A stretch of DNA of 64,000 nt from Thalassobaculaceae bacterium (GCA_965228875.1 OZ245843.1:4694616-4758615), one strand, 5' to 3'. Counted from the first letter of the stretch, positions 19,466 to 29,462 are shown. Notes: generated by a model not told the origin, from the sequence alone. Numbers and translations are program-made.

Positions 19466-19524
19466 AGTGAACTGATGAGTTGACTATTCTGGGTTGGCTG
19501 ATAAAGTCAACCGGAAAGTTCACT
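19466..19524. promoter_or_regulatory. Pair of quasi-palindromic operator-like sites between divergent GST and ArsR genes
   Basis: agtgaact-gatg-agttgact (19466-19485) and agtcaacc-ggaa-agttcact (19505-19524) are inverted copies of each other. Confidence 0.65.
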
Positions 19525-19539
19525 AATGCCAGGAACGGA

Positions 19540-19854
19540 ATGACCACTCTCGATCAGACGTTCGCAGCTCTCGGCGACGCAACCCGTCGCGCAATCCTGT
19601 CCCGTCTCGCGGGGGGAGAAACCGCGCTTTCGGAGATCGCCGCACCGTTCGAGATGTCGCAGACCGCCGTCTCCAAACACGTGCGCGTTCTGTCCGACGC
19701 CGGACTCGTCCGTGTGACCAAGCGCGGCCGCACCCGGTACTGCCGCCTGGAGGCGGCCCCGATGAAACAGGCCGCCGAGTGGCTGGAAACCTACCAGAGC
19801 TTCTGGATGAACCAGTTCGACGCCCTGGCCCAACACCTTGAGGAGAATCCATGA
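19540..19854 (+). CDS. ArsR/SmtB family transcriptional regulator
   Basis: FAALGDATRRAILSRL...SQTAVSKHVRVLSDAGLV. Confidence 0.93.
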   Translation: MTTLDQTFAALGDATRRAILSRLAGGETALSEIAAPFEMSQTAVSKHVRVLSDAGLVRVTKRGRTRYCRLEAAPMKQAAEWLETYQSFWMNQFDALAQHLEENP

Positions 19855-20339
19855 CACCGCCCCTGTTGAAGTCGCCCGCCGGCGCCGACCCCGTGATCGT
19901 CGAAGGCACGTTCCGCGCCTCGCCGGAACGGGTCTTCCGCGCCTGGACCCGCCCCGAGGAGGTCACCCGATGGTTCGGCAGCGCGCCGAACAGCCTTTCC
20001 AGTGCCGAGATCGACCTGCGCGTCGGCGGTGCCTGGCGGTTCAATTTTCCGGCTACGGAGACCCAGCGGGACTCGATCTACGGAACCTACACGGCCATCG
20101 AGCCGGGACAGGCGCTGGTCTTCAGCTGGGCGCACGAACGGACCTTTCCTGACGGCCGCGTCGAAACCTCCGCGACCTCCGAAGTCTCTGTCACGTTCGA
20201 GCCAACGGGCGAGGGAACCTTCGTGCGCCTCGTCCACGCCGCGATCCGCGCCGAGGACACGCGCAAGGGGGTCGGCCAGGGCTGGACCACCAGCTTCACC
20301 TCCATGGCCGAAATGCTGGACGCGGGGGTGGCGGCATGA
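19851..20339 (+). CDS. SRPBCC/AHSA1 domain protein
   Basis: ASPERVFRAWTRPE, DLRVGGAWR, LVFSW, GQGW, and an ATGA overlap. Confidence 0.92.
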   Translation: MTPPLLKSPAGADPVIVEGTFRASPERVFRAWTRPEEVTRWFGSAPNSLSSAEIDLRVGGAWRFNFPATETQRDSIYGTYTAIEPGQALVFSWAHERTFPDGRVETSATSEVSVTFEPTGEGTFVRLVHAAIRAEDTRKGVGQGWTTSFTSMAEMLDAGVAA

Positions 20340-21058
20340 CCCGGCACCGGATCGTCACACGCTCGCAATGGCTGGCCGCGCGCCGGGAACTGCTTGCCGA
20401 GGAGAAGGCGCATACCCGCGCCGGGGATGCCCTCGCCGCCCGCCGCCGCGCCCTGCCTTGGGTCCGGCTCGAGCGGGAATACCTGTTCGACACGGTGCGC
20501 GGTCGCGAGACCCTGGCCGATCTGTTCGCCGGCCAGCGCCAGCTCGTCGTCTATCACTTGATGCTCGGCACGGACTGGGAGGCCGCCTGCGCGAGCTGCT
20601 CGTTCTGGGCGGACAGTTTCGATGGCATCGACAGGCATCTGGCTGCCCGCGACACCCGGTTCTGCTGCACCTCGAACGGTCCGCTCGACCGCCTGCTCTC
20701 CTACCGGGCGCGGATGGGCTGGTCGTTCGAGTGGGTCTCGTCGGTCGAGCAGGCGTTCAGCCTCGACTTCGGGGTCACCTTCCCGGACGGCCGTCCCGGT
20801 CCCGTCGGCGGCTACAACTACTCGGACCGGATCTTCGGTCCGGAGATGCCGGGGATCAGCACCTTTGTCAGGCTCGAGGATGGGGGCGTGGCCCACACCT
20901 ACTCGACCTTCGGCCGGGGCATCGAGCCAGTCAACGCCGCCTACGCCCTGCTCGACATGACCGCCCACGGCCGGAACGAGCAGGATCTGCCCTATCCCAT
21001 GGCCTGGGTGCGTCGGCATGACGAATACGCGCGGGGCTCAGGCGCGGCCGGCGTCTGA
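20336..21058 (+). CDS. DUF899 family thioredoxin-like protein
   Basis: WLAARRELLAEEK, RRALPWV, LADLFAGQRQL, CASCS, WVRRHDEY. Confidence 0.92.
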   Translation: MTRHRIVTRSQWLAARRELLAEEKAHTRAGDALAARRRALPWVRLEREYLFDTVRGRETLADLFAGQRQLVVYHLMLGTDWEAACASCSFWADSFDGIDRHLAARDTRFCCTSNGPLDRLLSYRARMGWSFEWVSSVEQAFSLDFGVTFPDGRPGPVGGYNYSDRIFGPEMPGISTFVRLEDGGVAHTYSTFGRGIEPVNAAYALLDMTAHGRNEQDLPYPMAWVRRHDEYARGSGAAGV

Positions 21059-21646
21059 GGAGAGGAGCGAGGCGCTGATGCCGAGTTTGGCCAGCGCCTT
21101 GTCCCATTTGTCGTCGAGCGACGGGCCGAACAGAAGGTCGGGGTCGCAGTCCACTGACAGCCAGGCGTTCTCCTGGATTTCGCCGTCGAGCTGGCCCGGC
21201 CCCCAGCCGGCGTAGCCCAGGGCCAGGATCGCCTGGTCCGGGCCGGCGCCGGTCGCGATGTCGCGCAGGATGTCGACCGTCGCGGTCAGCGCCAGTCCCT
21301 CGCCAAGCGGCATGCTGTCGTCGCTGAGGTAGTCGGCACTGTGCAGGACGAAGCCGCGCCCGGTCTCCACCGGGCCGCCGAACTGCACCGCCGGAAAGCG
21401 GCTGGAGTCGATCGGCTCGTCCTCGAGCTGCAGCTCCTCCAGCAGGTCGGAGAACCGGATCGAGCCGACAAGCCGGTTGACCACGAGGCCCATCGCCCCC
21501 TGGTCGTTGTGCACGCACATGTAGATGACGCTGCGGGTGAAGCGCGGGTCGCGCATCGCCGGCATGGCGATCAGCAGCTGACCTGTCAGGTAGCCGTCGT
21601 CCTCTTCCGGCGGATCCGTCTCGCGGAAGCTCGGGTTCGGGTTCAT
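21038..21646 (-). CDS. YqgE/AlgH family protein
   Basis: GQLLIAMPAMRDPRF, GGPVETGRGFVLH, LGYAGWGPGQL. Confidence 0.95.
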   Translation of the reverse strand: MNPNPSFRETDPPEEDDGYLTGQLLIAMPAMRDPRFTRSVIYMCVHNDQGAMGLVVNRLVGSIRFSDLLEELQLEDEPIDSSRFPAVQFGGPVETGRGFVLHSADYLSDDSMPLGEGLALTATVDILRDIATGAGPDQAILALGYAGWGPGQLDGEIQENAWLSVDCDPDLLFGPSLDDKWDKALAKLGISASLLSSDAGRA

Positions 21647-21762
21647 CTGGCTCCTCCACCCCAAGCGCGACGATCGGTCCCGCGGTTGTGACGTTCCCCT
21701 TCGCTCATCCCTACTATATTGGGCTCGCGTCCCGACTTCAAAGTGAGGCCACCGGTTCCCCG

Positions 21763-23904
21763 ATGAGACTGCGTGTCAGCCTGCTGCTTCCCGCCATCGC
21801 CCTATGGACCGGGCTTCTGGTCGCTCAGGCCGGCGCCCGGCCGGCTTCCGACTGGGTCAGCACCGAGTTCGCCGACCTGCGCCTGATCTCGGCGGTCGCC
21901 GGGACCGAGGGGCGCGCCGAGGTGCCGCTTGGCCTGGAGTTCCGGCTGGCCGAGGGGTGGAAGGTATACTGGCGCTCTGCCGGCGATGCCGGGTATCCGC
22001 CGCAGGTGAGCTGGGATGGGTCGCGCAATCTCGCGGCGACCGAGACCCGCTATCCGGTGCCGCACCGGTTCTCGCTCTTCGGACTGGAGACCTTCGGCTA
22101 CAAGGATCAGGTCGTCTATCCGATCCGCGCCGACCTGGTCGAGCCGGGAGCGCCCTTGCGCCTGACGGCGGCGGTCGACGCGCTGGCCTGCAGCGAGATC
22201 TGCGTGCCCCTGGAGGCGGTGCTGACGCTCGACCTGCCGGCGAGTGCGCCTTCACCGACCGCCTTCACCCAGTTGCTTGACCGCTGGGAAGCGCAGGTTC
22301 CTCGGGATCTGCCGGGCATCGGGCTCGAGGTGACGAGCGCCAGGGCGACCGGCGATCCGCAGAGTCCGACGCTGGTCCTCACGCTGGCCTCGGACGTGCC
22401 GCTGTCCGCTCCGGACGTGTTCGCCGAAGGCCCGGAGGGTCTGTCCTTCGGCAAGCCGGACGTGACCCTCTCGGGCGACGCAACGGCGGCTACGGTCCGG
22501 GTCCCGGTCGGAACGCGCGGCGAGGCGCGGCTGGCCGGGGCGGCCCTGCGGCTGACCCTGGCCGATGGCGAGCGCTTCGCGGAGCGCCCGGCCGTGGTTG
22601 CCGCCGGTCCGGACCCGCGTCCGGCATCGGCGTCCGGTCTGGGGACCATCCTCGGGTTGGCCCTGCTCGGCGGCCTGATCCTCAACCTGATGCCCTGCGT
22701 TCTGCCGGTTCTGTCGCTCAAGCTTGTGTCGGTGCTCGACTATGGCGGCGCCGAGCGGGGGGCGATCCGTCGCGGGTTCCTTGCCTCCGCGGCGGGCATC
22801 GTCGTGTCCTTCCTGGCCCTTGCGGCGGCGCTGGCCGGGCTCAAGTCCGCCGGTGTCGCGGTCGGCTGGGGCATCCAGTTCCAGCAGCCGCTGTTCCTCG
22901 CCGCCATGGCCGCCATTGTCCTGCTCTTCGCCGCCAATCTCTGGGGCTGGTTCGAGGTGGCTATGCCCCGCGTGATCGCCGATCTCGGCGGTCGACTGCC
23001 GGCGGAGGGCGGACAGGGAGGTAAGGGCCTGGCCGGCCATTTCCTCACCGGGGCCTTCGCAGCCCTGCTGGCCACACCCTGTTCCGCGCCGTTCCTCGGC
23101 ACGGCGGTCGGCTTCGCCCTGTCGCGCGGCTGGGCTGATATTCTGGCAGTGTTCGCGGTGATGGGCGTGGGTCTCGCGCTACCCTACCTCGTGATCGCGG
23201 CGGTCCCGTCCCTGGCGCGCGCGTTGCCGCGTCCGGGACGCTGGATGGTCGCCTTCCGGCGGATCCTGGCACTGGCCCTGCTGGCCACGGGGATCTGGCT
23301 GCTCACCGTGCTGGCCGCGCAGATCGGCGACGTCGGCGCCCTGGCGTTGGCGGCGGTGTTCGTCGCCGCCGCGCTCGTTCTGGCCGTGCTGCACCGCCGG
23401 CGGCGGTCGGGGGCGGCCCTGACGGGTGCCCTGGTGCTGACGGCGTCGCTGGCGATCGCCGGGCTCGTTCCGTCGGGCCTCGAGCCGTTGAGCGGAGGAG
23501 GGGCCGAGGCCCCGGTCGGCCGTGCCGTGACCTGGGTTCCCTTCGATCGCGCGGCGCTCGACCGGCGGGTGGCGGCGGGCGAGGTGGTACTAGTGGATGT
23601 CACAGCCGACTGGTGCATCACCTGCAAGGTCAACAAACGCCTGGTGCTCGACGCCGATCCGGTGGCCGGCGTGCTCGCCGGCGGATCGGTGACGGCGATG
23701 CGGGCCGACTGGACCAGTCCGGACCCGGCCATCTCCGAGTACCTGGCCGGCTTCGGGCGCTACGGCATACCGTTCAACGCGGTCTATGGCCCGGCGGCGC
23801 CGGACGGCATCGCGCTTCCGGAACTGCTGTCGGCGGAAGCGGTGATGCAGGCCGTCGGCCGCGCGGGCGCGGGCGCTGAAACCGCGCGCTTGGACTCCCG
23901 CTAG
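21763..23904 (+). CDS. Protein-disulfide reductase DsbD/ScsB family
   Basis: GWKVYWR, CSEIC, LNLMPCVLP, ATPCSAP, WCITC. Confidence 0.93.
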   Translation: MRLRVSLLLPAIALWTGLLVAQAGARPASDWVSTEFADLRLISAVAGTEGRAEVPLGLEFRLAEGWKVYWRSAGDAGYPPQVSWDGSRNLAATETRYPVPHRFSLFGLETFGYKDQVVYPIRADLVEPGAPLRLTAAVDALACSEICVPLEAVLTLDLPASAPSPTAFTQLLDRWEAQVPRDLPGIGLEVTSARATGDPQSPTLVLTLASDVPLSAPDVFAEGPEGLSFGKPDVTLSGDATAATVRVPVGTRGEARLAGAALRLTLADGERFAERPAVVAAGPDPRPASASGLGTILGLALLGGLILNLMPCVLPVLSLKLVSVLDYGGAERGAIRRGFLASAAGIVVSFLALAAALAGLKSAGVAVGWGIQFQQPLFLAAMAAIVLLFAANLWGWFEVAMPRVIADLGGRLPAEGGQGGKGLAGHFLTGAFAALLATPCSAPFLGTAVGFALSRGWADILAVFAVMGVGLALPYLVIAAVPSLARALPRPGRWMVAFRRILALALLATGIWLLTVLAAQIGDVGALALAAVFVAAALVLAVLHRRRRSGAALTGALVLTASLAIAGLVPSGLEPLSGGGAEAPVGRAVTWVPFDRAALDRRVAAGEVVLVDVTADWCITCKVNKRLVLDADPVAGVLAGGSVTAMRADWTSPDPAISEYLAGFGRYGIPFNAVYGPAAPDGIALPELLSAEAVMQAVGRAGAGAETARLDSR

Positions 23905-23983
23905 AACCGCTTTATCTAAAGGGCCTTCGAGATCACAAGGGGCAGGGCGCGACCGGCCCCGATTCCTACAGGGAGAGACGGCG

Positions 23984-24466
23984 ATGAGCATTCAGGTAGG
24001 CGAGAAGCTTCCCGACATCGGGCTGCAGCATAAGACGGCGGACGGCATCGACACGCTGGACAACGCGGCACTGTTCGGCGGCAAGACCGTCGTCCTGTTC
24101 GCCGTACCGGGCGCCTTCACCCCGACCTGCTCGGCCAAGCACGTGCCGAGCTTCGTGCAGAACGCCGATGCGCTGAAGGCCAAGGGCATCGACACGATCG
24201 CCTGCGTGGCGGTCAACGATCCGTTCGTTATGGAGGCCTGGGGCAAGGACCAGGGCGCCGGCGACAAGGTGATGATGCTGGCCGACGGGTCGGCCAAGTT
24301 CGCCCAGGCGATCGGCCTGGAACTCGACCTGGTGGAACGTGGCCTCGGCATGCGTTCCCAGCGCTACGCCATGGTGGTCAAGGACGGCACGGTGACGAAG
24401 CTCTTCGTCGAGGAGGGGGGCGCCTACGAGGTGTCCAGCGCCGAGCACGTGCTGGCCAATCTCTGA
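23984..24466 (+). CDS. Peroxiredoxin (Prx5 type)
   Basis: VPGAFTPTCSAKH, VNDPFVM, RSQRY. Confidence 0.96.
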   Translation: MSIQVGEKLPDIGLQHKTADGIDTLDNAALFGGKTVVLFAVPGAFTPTCSAKHVPSFVQNADALKAKGIDTIACVAVNDPFVMEAWGKDQGAGDKVMMLADGSAKFAQAIGLELDLVERGLGMRSQRYAMVVKDGTVTKLFVEEGGAYEVSSAEHVLANL

Positions 24467-24492
24467 CTCTCGGCGACGGATCGCTGGATGTG

Positions 24493-24515
24493 GGGCGGCT
24501 CTCGGGCCGCCCTTT
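24493..24515 (+). terminator. Probable terminator after peroxiredoxin
   Basis: gggcggc-tctcgg-gccgccc-ttt. Confidence 0.65.
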
Positions 24516-24599
24516 GTCTGTCCGGGCGTGGTCGCCTCGCGGTTGCGGGCGGGTGCGTGAACAGACCCGGTGTGTCCGTCCCGCCGTTCGGTTCACGCC

Positions 24600-25763
24600 T
24601 CAGACGATCCCCTTCTCGCGGTACGGCCGCCCGGCCGGGATCCGGTCCCAGGCGAAGCATCGGAGGTCCAGGCTCCCGAAGCGGCCGTCGAGGATCAGTT
24701 CGCTCACCGCCCGACCGGTCGCGGGCGCGTGCATGATGCCGTGGCCCGAGAAACCGGTGGCGATCACAACATTGGCGAGGCCGTCCGACCATGGGCCGAT
24801 GATCGGGGAGTAGTCGAGAATGCTGCGGGCGTAATGGCCGCGCCAGGACCGGACCAGTTTCAGCCGCTCCATCTTCGGTACCCGGCGGGCAAGCGCCGGC
24901 CAGACCACGGCCTCGAACCGGTCGGGGTCGAGCTCGAAGTTCCAGCCCGCCGGCTCCGACCAGTCGGGGATGCCGCCGACATAGCCGTCGCCTTCCGGCC
25001 GGATCGCCAGGTCGCTCTCGCTCTTCAGGAAGGGAAGCGGCTCGATCTCCCCCTCCGCCTTGAAGACGTAGCTCTCCCGAGACATCGGCTCGACCGGCAG
25101 GTCCAGGCCGATCATCGCCGCGACGTCTCGCGACCACGCTCCGCAGGCGAGCACGAAGGTATCGGCCTCGACGGTGCCACCATCGGCGAGACTGACCCGC
25201 TCTGCCCTGACGCCGTTGCCCTCCCACCCGGCGATCCCGGCCGCGCGGTACTCGACGCCGAGTGCCCTTGCCTTGGCCCGGAATCCCATCAGCGCGGAGT
25301 AGGGGTCGATCCAGGCGTCGTTCGGCGAGTAGACGGCGAGATCGACGTCGTCGACCGCGACGGAGGGAAACAGCGCCTGGACACCGGCCGCGTCGAGCAG
25401 CTCGGCCTCGACGCCGTGGGCGACCTGGACGCGGTGGTTCGCCTCCATCTGCCGTGCGCCGCCGTTGTCCGACAGGAACAGATATCCCTGGCGGCGGAAC
25501 GCGATGTCGGTCGGCGATCCGTCAACCGCCATGCGCTCGGCGAAACCGGCGTAGAACTCGCGGCCGTAGCGCGCCATGGCGATGTTCTCAGGCAGGCTGA
25601 ACAGCAGGCGGATGCCGCCATTGGCCCGCGGCGTCGCGGCGAACTCGTAGGTCGGGTCACGCTCGATCACGACCACGCGGCCGCCCCGTCCGCTCGCCGC
25701 CAGGTGATAGGCGATGCTGGAACCGATGATCCCGCCGCCGAGGATGGCGATGTCGGCGCGCAT
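24600..25763 (-). CDS. FAD-dependent oxidoreductase (DAO/sarcosine oxidase beta-like)
   Basis: IAILGGGIIG, GGIR, GYLFL, ACGAWS, TGFSGHGIMHAPATG. Confidence 0.92.
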   Translation of the reverse strand: MRADIAILGGGIIGSSIAYHLAASGRGGRVVVIERDPTYEFAATPRANGGIRLLFSLPENIAMARYGREFYAGFAERMAVDGSPTDIAFRRQGYLFLSDNGGARQMEANHRVQVAHGVEAELLDAAGVQALFPSVAVDDVDLAVYSPNDAWIDPYSALMGFRAKARALGVEYRAAGIAGWEGNGVRAERVSLADGGTVEADTFVLACGAWSRDVAAMIGLDLPVEPMSRESYVFKAEGEIEPLPFLKSESDLAIRPEGDGYVGGIPDWSEPAGWNFELDPDRFEAVVWPALARRVPKMERLKLVRSWRGHYARSILDYSPIIGPWSDGLANVVIATGFSGHGIMHAPATGRAVSELILDGRFGSLDLRCFAWDRIPAGRPYREKGIV

Positions 25764-25765
25764 CG

Positions 25766-26956
25766 CTACTCGCCCTTTTCCAGCACCGTGCGCATGGTCC
25801 CGGTGCCGGCGCCGATGACGCAGTCGATGGCGATGGTCAGGTCGTTCGAGGCCACGGCGGCCAGGGCGGCCTCGGGAATGGCCTGGACGACGGCCCCCTC
25901 GCTCAGCACCACGGCGCCGCCAATACGGATCTCGATCCGATCGGGATCGACCATCTCGGTCGAGGACCCGACCGCCGCCAGCACCTGACCGACGGAGGAC
26001 TTGCCGGGGTCGCCCAGCGCCTCGCGCGCCACCATGCGGCGCACCAGAAGCGAGCGGGTGACGGCACGGGCGATCCGCCGGGCCGAGGCGTTGCCTGATG
26101 CGCCGCTGACCTCGACCCGCAGGATCTTGCCGTCGACCCGCGCGTCGGCCAGCATCCGCTCGCTCATCTCCAGGGTGAGGTCGCGCATGGCGGCCGCGAG
26201 GACCCGACGGTCGGCCTTCGTGAGCGGTGGGTTGCCGGCCGCGCCGGTGGCGAAGGCGAGCATCGTGTCGTTGGTCGACGTCGTCTCGTCGACCGAGATC
26301 TGGTTGTAGCTGCGGGCGACGGCGTCGCCGAGAAGCTCCTGGAGGTCCTCGCCGGACACCGCCGCGTCGGTCAGCACGATGTTGATCGTGGTCGCCATGT
26401 TCGGCGCGATCATCAGCGTGCCCTTGGCCAGCCCGTGCAGGATCGCCGGCCGGCCGCCGAGTTCCAGGGAGCGGGTCGCCGCCTTCGGCGTGCGGTCGGT
26501 GGTCATGATGGCGTGCGCCGCCTCGCGGAAGCCGCCAGGGGCGAGCCTGCCGGCCATGTCGTCGATGTTGGCGAGGATCGTTTCCGCCGGAAGCGGCCGG
26601 CCGATCCGTCCGGTCGAGCAGATCAGCACGTTCTCCGGAGCGCAGCCGAGCAGGCGGGCGGCCCGTTCCGCCGACGCCCGGACCAGCTCGTGCCCCTGCG
26701 GTCCGGTGTAGCAGTTGGCGTTGCCGGCGTTGAAAACCAGGGCCCGCGGCGCGTCGCCCGCGGCGATCCGCTGCTTGCTCCAGCGGACCGGGGCGGCGGG
26801 GCAGCTCGACCGGGTGAAGACGCCTGCCGCCACCGTTCCCGGGTCGAAGGCCATCAGCAGCATGTCCGGCCGGCCGGGATATCCGGTGCCGGACGCGGCG
26901 ACGGCGCTGCGCACACCGTCGATCGCCGCCAGCTCCGGCAGCGCGAAATCGGTCAT
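25766..26956 (-). CDS. ArgJ-family (ornithine acetyltransferase-like) protein, diverged
   Basis: AGVFTRS, NAGNAN, STGRIG, IMTTD, KGTLMIAPNMAT, TSTNDT. Several canonical motifs are altered. Confidence 0.85.
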   Translation of the reverse strand: MTDFALPELAAIDGVRSAVAASGTGYPGRPDMLLMAFDPGTVAAGVFTRSSCPAAPVRWSKQRIAAGDAPRALVFNAGNANCYTGPQGHELVRASAERAARLLGCAPENVLICSTGRIGRPLPAETILANIDDMAGRLAPGGFREAAHAIMTTDRTPKAATRSLELGGRPAILHGLAKGTLMIAPNMATTINIVLTDAAVSGEDLQELLGDAVARSYNQISVDETTSTNDTMLAFATGAAGNPPLTKADRRVLAAAMRDLTLEMSERMLADARVDGKILRVEVSGASGNASARRIARAVTRSLLVRRMVAREALGDPGKSSVGQVLAAVGSSTEMVDPDRIEIRIGGAVVLSEGAVVQAIPEAALAAVASNDLTIAIDCVIGAGTGTMRTVLEKGE

Positions 26957-27193
26957 GGGGCGTTCCTTTCCTCCGGTCTCACGGTGGCGCTCACGGTCGC
27001 ATTCGCGGCGGCACTCACGGCGGCGCCGGATCCGCCATGAGAGGCCGGCCCTCGGTGCGCCTGGAACGAGAGTAAGAGCTTCCGCCGGCGATGGAAACGC
27101 GGGTTCGGAGCGTCGGGGAGGCGATTGCGCATTGCCTTCGCGGTGGCGGGCCGGCAAATGTGGGGCTCCCCGCAACCCGTCTTCGGAGCCGTC

Positions 27194-28351
27194 ATGAGCA
27201 CCGCCGCCAGCCGCGACAACGAACCCGCCATCGACCAGGAGGAGATCGTCGACGGCATTCTCGAGTGGGTCGAGATCGAGACGCCGACCTACGAGGCGGC
27301 GCGGCTCAACGTCCTGGCCGACCGGATCCAGTCCCAGTGGGAGGAGACGGGCTGCGGCGTGGAGCGGGTCGCCGGCACCGACGGGTTCGGCGACCATCTG
27401 GTCGTGCGCACGCCGGACTGGACCGAGGACGCTCCGAGCATTCTGGTCCTGAGCCACATGGACACCGTCCATCCGGCCGGCACCAAGGACGAAGCCAACA
27501 CCATCCGCCGCGAGGGCGACAGCCTTTACGGCCCGGGCATCTACGACATGAAGGCCGGCGCCTTCCTGCCGTACTACGCCTATCGTCACCTGCGTCGCCT
27601 GGGTGCCGCCACCGGATTGCCGGTGACCTTCCTGTTCGTCTCGGAGGAGGAGGTCGGCAGCCCGACCAGCCGGGCGGTGATCGAGGCCGAGGCGAAGAAG
27701 GCGAAATACGTGCTGGTCACCGAGCCGGCCCGCGACGGCGGCAAGCTGGTCACCGCCCGCAAGGGTGTGGGCCGCTTCGAGATGACCATCACCGGGCGCC
27801 CGGCCCATTCCGGCGCCAAGCACGAGGACGGCCGTAGCGCTGTGAAGGAACTCGCCCACCACATCCTGGAGATCGAGGGCTTCACCGACTATGAGCGTGG
27901 CGTGACCACGAATGTCGGCCTGGTCAGCGCCGGTACCGGCGTGAACGTGGTGCCTCGCGTGGCGACGGCCGAGATCGACCTGCGGGTGGTGACCGCCGCC
28001 GACGGCGAGGAATTCACCGCGAAGATCCTCGACCGCAAGCCCCGCGATCCGGATGTCAGCATCGAGATCACCGGCGGCATGAACCGGCCTCCCTACGAGC
28101 GGACCAACGACAACTGGTCGCTGTTCGAGGCGGCAAAGGCGCTGGTCGCCGATACCGGCCTGGACCTGGAGAGCACGGCGCTCACCGGCGGCGGCTCCGA
28201 CGGCAACTTCACCTCCGCGCTGGGCGTGCCGACCCTCGACGGTCTCGGCGCCGACGGCGAGGGCGCGCATACCCTGCACGAACAGGTCTACATCTCCTCG
28301 CTCGTGCCTCGGGCGAAGATGTGGGTCCGGCTGCTGGAAGGGTTGACATGA
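27194..28351 (+). CDS. M20 family metallopeptidase (carboxypeptidase G2-like)
   Basis: [34 protein letters not shown]...GAH. Confidence 0.93.
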   Translation: MSTAASRDNEPAIDQEEIVDGILEWVEIETPTYEAARLNVLADRIQSQWEETGCGVERVAGTDGFGDHLVVRTPDWTEDAPSILVLSHMDTVHPAGTKDEANTIRREGDSLYGPGIYDMKAGAFLPYYAYRHLRRLGAATGLPVTFLFVSEEEVGSPTSRAVIEAEAKKAKYVLVTEPARDGGKLVTARKGVGRFEMTITGRPAHSGAKHEDGRSAVKELAHHILEIEGFTDYERGVTTNVGLVSAGTGVNVVPRVATAEIDLRVVTAADGEEFTAKILDRKPRDPDVSIEITGGMNRPPYERTNDNWSLFEAAKALVADTGLDLESTALTGGGSDGNFTSALGVPTLDGLGADGEGAHTLHEQVYISSLVPRAKMWVRLLEGLT

Positions 28352-28791
28352 CGGTCGAGTTTTCCGAACGCGGCGATGCCCACGCGATCGAGGAAGGCAG
28401 CGCGCTCGCCCCGAAATTCGGGGCGGACGGGCTGATCCCCGCCGTTGCCGCCGATGCGGCGACCGGCACGGTGCTGATGATGGCCTGGATGGATCGGGCA
28501 GCACTGGCCGCCACGATCGAAACCGGCGAAGCGCACTACTACTCGCGCTCCCGCAAGGCCATGTGGCGCAAGGGCGAGAGCAGCGGCCACGTCCAGCGGG
28601 TGAAGGAGGTCCGCCTCGACTGCGACCAGGACACCGTCCTGCTGCTGGTCGAGCAGGTCGGCCCCGGCGCCTGTCACGTCGGCTACGAGAGCTGCTTCTT
28701 CCGCAGGGTCGTGCCGGCCGGCGACGGCGTCGCCCTGGAGGTCGTGGGGGCGAAGACCTACGACCCGCACGCGGTCTACGGTGACAAGTAG
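28348..28791 (+). CDS. hisI: Phosphoribosyl-AMP cyclohydrolase
   Basis: [32 protein letters not shown]. Confidence 0.95.
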   Translation: MTVEFSERGDAHAIEEGSALAPKFGADGLIPAVAADAATGTVLMMAWMDRAALAATIETGEAHYYSRSRKAMWRKGESSGHVQRVKEVRLDCDQDTVLLLVEQVGPGACHVGYESCFFRRVVPAGDGVALEVVGAKTYDPHAVYGDK

Positions 28792-29351
28792 TGTCCGCGC
28801 GGGTCGAGCTGGTGCTGCCGGCGGTGGCGCGGCCCGAGGCGTCGACGCCCACCCCGCTCGGCCGGCTGACCGTGCCGGGGCGGGCGATCGCGGAGAAGCG
28901 GGTCCTCGTCGATCCGGCGGAGATCGTCCGGCTGCGCGACGCCGCGCGGGCGGTGGCGGCGCGGGCCCACGCGCCGTATTCGCGCTTCCGGGTCGGCGCG
29001 GCGCTGATCATGGCCGACGATCCCGAGCGGCGCATCGTCACCGGTGCCAATGTTGAGAACGCCAGCTACGGCGGCACGATCTGCGCCGAGCGCACGGCCC
29101 TCGGCCAGGCGGCCTCCCTCGGCTTCCGCAGGCTTGAGTTGCTGGTGGTGAGCTGCGTGGCGACGCTGGATGCCCCGGTCGCCGATCGCTCGCCCTGCGG
29201 CATCTGCCGCCAGACGATCCATGAGTTCGGCTCGCGCGATCCCGAGACCCTGGTGATCGTCGACGGCGGTGGTGAGGGTGGAGGCGGCGCGCTGGGCGAC
29301 GTCTTCGACCTGGAGCGGCTTCTGCCCTACGGCTTCAGGCTGCGCGACTAG
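28791..29351 (+). CDS. cdd: Cytidine deaminase
   Basis: APYSRFRVGAA, GANVENASYG, CAER, PCGICRQ. Confidence 0.9.
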   Translation: MSARVELVLPAVARPEASTPTPLGRLTVPGRAIAEKRVLVDPAEIVRLRDAARAVAARAHAPYSRFRVGAALIMADDPERRIVTGANVENASYGGTICAERTALGQAASLGFRRLELLVVSCVATLDAPVADRSPCGICRQTIHEFGSRDPETLVIVDGGGEGGGGALGDVFDLERLLPYGFRLRD

Positions 29352-29413
29352 AGCGAGTCACGATCAGACGTAAACATCCGATCGTGTGGATTTGCTTTAT
29401 ATTCAGTGGCTTG
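29349..29413. repeat. Palindromic intergenic repeat element, copy 1
   Basis: tagagc...cacgatcagacgtaaacatccgatcgtg...gcttta. The core matches the reverse complement of 63934-63961 at 25/28. Confidence 0.75.
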
Positions 29414-29462
29414 AAGAGCGCCGCCGTCTGCCATGCCGCGGGAGCGGGCGGTCGACCCGCCC

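Noticed and set aside
25766..29050. 1094-aa ORF
   Set aside because: Only the last 396 aa are ArgJ-like. The upstream part is antisense to the M20, hisI and cdd genes.
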